Made by a program: the position numbers and the translations under genes | The notes under the pieces: model-generated | Told to the model about the DNA's origin: nothing | Seen by the model: the letters and a program-made list of their open reading frames with translations, nothing else | Databases searched by the model: none | Shown: positions 26,402-28,867 of the stretch, one piece after another | Numbering within the stretch: position 1 is the first letter of the stretch | Layout: each line of letters starts with the position of its first letter | IMG/VR virus record: IMGVR_UViG_2660238462_000003 | DNA: 28,867 bases | Strand: one strand, 5' to 3' | DNA from: a virus | Taxonomy: Duplodnaviria; Heunggongvirae; Uroviricota; Caudoviricetes

Positions 26402-27449
26402 GCGCCGGGATTTACCCCCTAACCTTTATATAAGAAACAATGGATATTACTGCTACAGGGACCCAAGGACGGGTAAAGAGTTTGGATTAGGCCGAGACAG
26501 GCGAATCGCAATCACTGAAGCTATACAGGCCAACATTGAGTTATTTTCAGGACACAAACACAAGCCTCTGACAGCGAGAATCAACAGTGATAATTCCGTT
26601 ACGTTACATTCATGGCTTGATCGCTACGAAAAAATCCTGGCCAGCAGAGGAATCAAGCAGAAGACACTCATAAATTACATGAGCAAAATTAAAGCAATAA
26701 GGAGGGGTCTGCCTGATGCTCCACTTGAAGACATCACCACAAAAGAAATTGCGGCAATGCTCAATGGATACATAGACGAGGGCAAGGCGGCGTCAGCCAA
26801 GTTAATCAGATCAACACTGAGCGATGCATTCCGAGAGGCAATAGCTGAAGGCCATATAACAACAAACCCTGTCGCTGCCACTCGCGCAGCAAAATCAGAG
26901 GTAAGGAGATCAAGACTTACGGCTGACGAATACCTGAAAATTTATCAAGCAGCAGAATCATCACCATGTTGGCTCAGACTTGCAATGGAACTGGCTGTTG
27001 TTACCGGGCAACGAGTTGGTGATTTATGCGAAATGAAGTGGTCTGATATCGTAGATGGATATCTTTATGTCGAGCAAAGCAAAACAGGCGTAAAAATTGC
27101 CATCCCAACAACATTGCATGTTGATGCTCTCGGGATATCAATGAAGGAAACACTTGATAAATGCAAAGAGATTCTTGGCGGAGAAACCATAATTGCATCT
27201 ACTCGTCGCGAACCGCTTTCATCCGGCACAGTATCAAGGTATTTTATGCGCGCACGAAAAGCATCAGGTCTTTCCTTCGAAGGGGATCCGCCTACCTTTC
27301 ACGAGTTGCGCAGTTTGTCTGCAAGACTCTATGAGAAGCAGATAAGCGATAAGTTTGCTCAACATCTTCTCGGGCATAAGTCGGACACCATGGCATCACA
27401 GTATCGTGATGACAGAGGCAGGGAGTGGGACAAAATTGAAATCAAATAA
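26379..27449 (+). CDS. int: Tyrosine integrase Int
   Basis: 356 aa matching lambda Int as recalled (MGRRRSHERRDLPPNLYIRNNGYYCYRDPRTGKEFGLGRDRRIAITEAIQANIELF...). Confidence 0.95.
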   Translation: MGRRRSHERRDLPPNLYIRNNGYYCYRDPRTGKEFGLGRDRRIAITEAIQANIELFSGHKHKPLTARINSDNSVTLHSWLDRYEKILASRGIKQKTLINYMSKIKAIRRGLPDAPLEDITTKEIAAMLNGYIDEGKAASAKLIRSTLSDAFREAIAEGHITTNPVAATRAAKSEVRRSRLTADEYLKIYQAAESSPCWLRLAMELAVVTGQRVGDLCEMKWSDIVDGYLYVEQSKTGVKIAIPTTLHVDALGISMKETLDKCKEILGGETIIASTRREPLSSGTVSRYFMRARKASGLSFEGDPPTFHELRSLSARLYEKQISDKFAQHLLGHKSDTMASQYRDDRGREWDKIEIK

Positions 27450-27545
27450 TGATTTTATTTTGACTGATAGTGACCTGTTCGTTGCAACAAATTGATAAGC
27501 AATGCTTTTTTATAATGCCAACTTAGTATAAAAAAGCAGGCTTCA
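27450..27545. other. Prophage attachment junction (lambda att core with phage arm on left, bacterial arm on right)
   Basis: Core ttagtataaaaaagc (27524-27538) is the reverse complement of GCTTTTTTATACTAA; left flank matches the lambda P arm, right flank gcaggcttca matches E. coli attB. Confidence 0.8.
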
Positions 27546-27583
27546 ACGGATTCATTTTTCTATTTCATAGCCCGGAGCAACCT

Positions 27584-28867
27584 GTGAACACATTTTCAGT
27601 TTCCCGTCTGGCGCTGGCATTGGCTTTTGGCGTGACGCTGACCGCCTGTAGCTCAACCCCGCCCGATCAACGTCCTTCTGATCAAACCGCGCCTGGTACC
27701 TCTTCTCGCCCGATTCTGTCGGCAAAAGAAGCGCAGAATTTCGATGCTCAACACTATTTTGCATCCCTGACACCAGGTGCTGCAGCGTGGAATCCTTCCC
27801 CGATTACCCTGCCTGCGCAACCTGACTTTGTTGTCGGCCCGGCGGGCACTCAAGGTGTAACGCATACCACGATTCAGGCGGCGGTAGATGCGGCAATTAT
27901 CAAGCGTACCAACAAGCGCCAGTATATTGCCGTGATGCCTGGTGAGTATCAGGGAACGGTATATGTCCCTGCCGCTCCGGGTGGAATTACTCTGTACGGT
28001 ACAGGTGAAAAACCGATTGATGTGAAGATTGGGCTTTCCCTTGATGGTGGCATGAGCCCTGCCGACTGGCGTCACGACGTCAACCCGCGCGGCAAATATA
28101 TGCCAGGTAAACCAGCGTGGTATATGTACGATAGCTGCCAGAGCAAACGCAGCGACAGTATCGGTGTTCTCTGCTCTGCGGTCTTCTGGTCACAAAACAA
28201 TGGCCTGCAACTGCAAAATCTGACCATCGAAAACACGCTGGGCGATAGCGTAGATGCAGGTAACCATCCGGCGGTGGCACTGCGTACTGATGGTGACCAG
28301 GTACAGATTAACAACGTTAACATTCTCGGTCGTCAGAACACCTTCTTTGTCACCAACAGCGGTGTGCAGAACCGTCTGGAAACGAATCGTCAGCCGCGTA
28401 CGCTGGTGACCAACAGCTACATTGAAGGGGATGTGGATATCGTTTCTGGTCGCGGCGCAGTGGTGTTCGATAACACCGAATTCCGCGTGGTGAACTCACG
28501 TACTCAGCAAGAAGCGTATGTGTTTGCACCGGCTACGCTGTCCAACATTTACTACGGTTTCCTCGCCGTAAACAGCCGTTTCAATGCTTTCGGTGATGGT
28601 GTGGCGCAACTGGGCCGCTCGCTGGATGTTGATGCCAATACCAACGGTCAGGTGGTGATCCGTGATAGCGCCATCAACGAAGGTTTTAACACGGCTAAAC
28701 CGTGGGCCGATGCGGTGATCTCTAATCGTCCGTTTGCGGGTAATACCGGCAGCGTAGATGATAACGACGAAATACAGCGCAATCTGAATGACACTAACTA
28801 CAACCGCATGTGGGAATACAATAACCGCGGCGTGGGTAGTAAAGTGGTTGCAGAGGCGAAGAAGTAA
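27584..28867 (+). CDS. ybhC: YbhC outer-membrane lipoprotein (pectinesterase-family), chromosomal
   Basis: GTG start; lipobox LTAC; 427 aa matching E. coli YbhC, the gene adjacent to att-lambda. Confidence 0.9.
   Translation: MNTFSVSRLALALAFGVTLTACSSTPPDQRPSDQTAPGTSSRPILSAKEAQNFDAQHYFASLTPGAAAWNPSPITLPAQPDFVVGPAGTQGVTHTTIQAAVDAAIIKRTNKRQYIAVMPGEYQGTVYVPAAPGGITLYGTGEKPIDVKIGLSLDGGMSPADWRHDVNPRGKYMPGKPAWYMYDSCQSKRSDSIGVLCSAVFWSQNNGLQLQNLTIENTLGDSVDAGNHPAVALRTDGDQVQINNVNILGRQNTFFVTNSGVQNRLETNRQPRTLVTNSYIEGDVDIVSGRGAVVFDNTEFRVVNSRTQQEAYVFAPATLSNIYYGFLAVNSRFNAFGDGVAQLGRSLDVDANTNGQVVIRDSAINEGFNTAKPWADAVISNRPFAGNTGSVDDNDEIQRNLNDTNYNRMWEYNNRGVGSKVVAEAKK

Larger units (their letters stand above)
9718..27538 (-). 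mobile_element. Lambda-like mosaic prophage (partial: lysis gene to int/att), integrated at att-lambda beside ybhC
   Basis: Gene order S-(cargo)-Q-nin-ren-P-O-cro-cI-gam-bet-exo-xis-int-att in inverted orientation; int/xis/exo/bet/gam/P near-identical to lambda as recalled. Confidence 0.85.

Noticed and set aside
27450-27583. tRNA gene at the integration site
   Set aside because: No cloverleaf-compatible sequence seen; the sequence matches the intergenic att-lambda core and arm.

Overview
Enterobacterial (E. coli-like) DNA in two parts joined by a 10-N scaffold gap at 9708-9717, so their adjacency is not proven. All homology calls are from reading the translations against remembered protein families; no database search was run. 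LEFT (1-9707): a roughly 9 kb phage-satellite / PICI-like segment on the + strand. It carries an AlpA-like regulator, a BRO-N protein, a divergent small RHH-like regulator with an operator-bearing promoter, four small ORFs, a P4/D5-type primase-helicase, an iteron origin, an SSB-like protein ending in DDIPF, a lambda gpE-like major capsid protein, a gpD-like decoration protein, a second AlpA-like protein, a lambda-type cos site (cosN identical to lambda's 12-nt end) and a Nu1-like small terminase interrupted by an apparent -1 frameshift at G AAA AAG. No large terminase, portal, protease/scaffold, tail, lysis or integrase gene is in the window, so the element would depend on a lambdoid helper. 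A palindrome- and repeat-rich non-coding stretch follows. RIGHT (9718-28867): a mosaic lambda-like prophage in inverted orientation. It runs from an S21-like holin (cut by the gap) through a defective IS1, cargo genes (blc lipocalin, DUF523/DUF1722), tR', quuD, ylcG, rusA, ybcO, ninE, ybcN, an AT-rich 472-aa moron, ren, P, O with ori iterons, a YdaT-like gene, cro-like, cI-like, a BamE-like lipoprotein moron, a pL/OL region, gam-bet-exo, orf61/63/60a, a TraR-like gene, an AT-rich membrane-protein moron, xis and int to the att core next to chromosomal ybhC. The most interesting candidates are the capsid-encoding cos satellite and three uncharacterised morons in the prophage.
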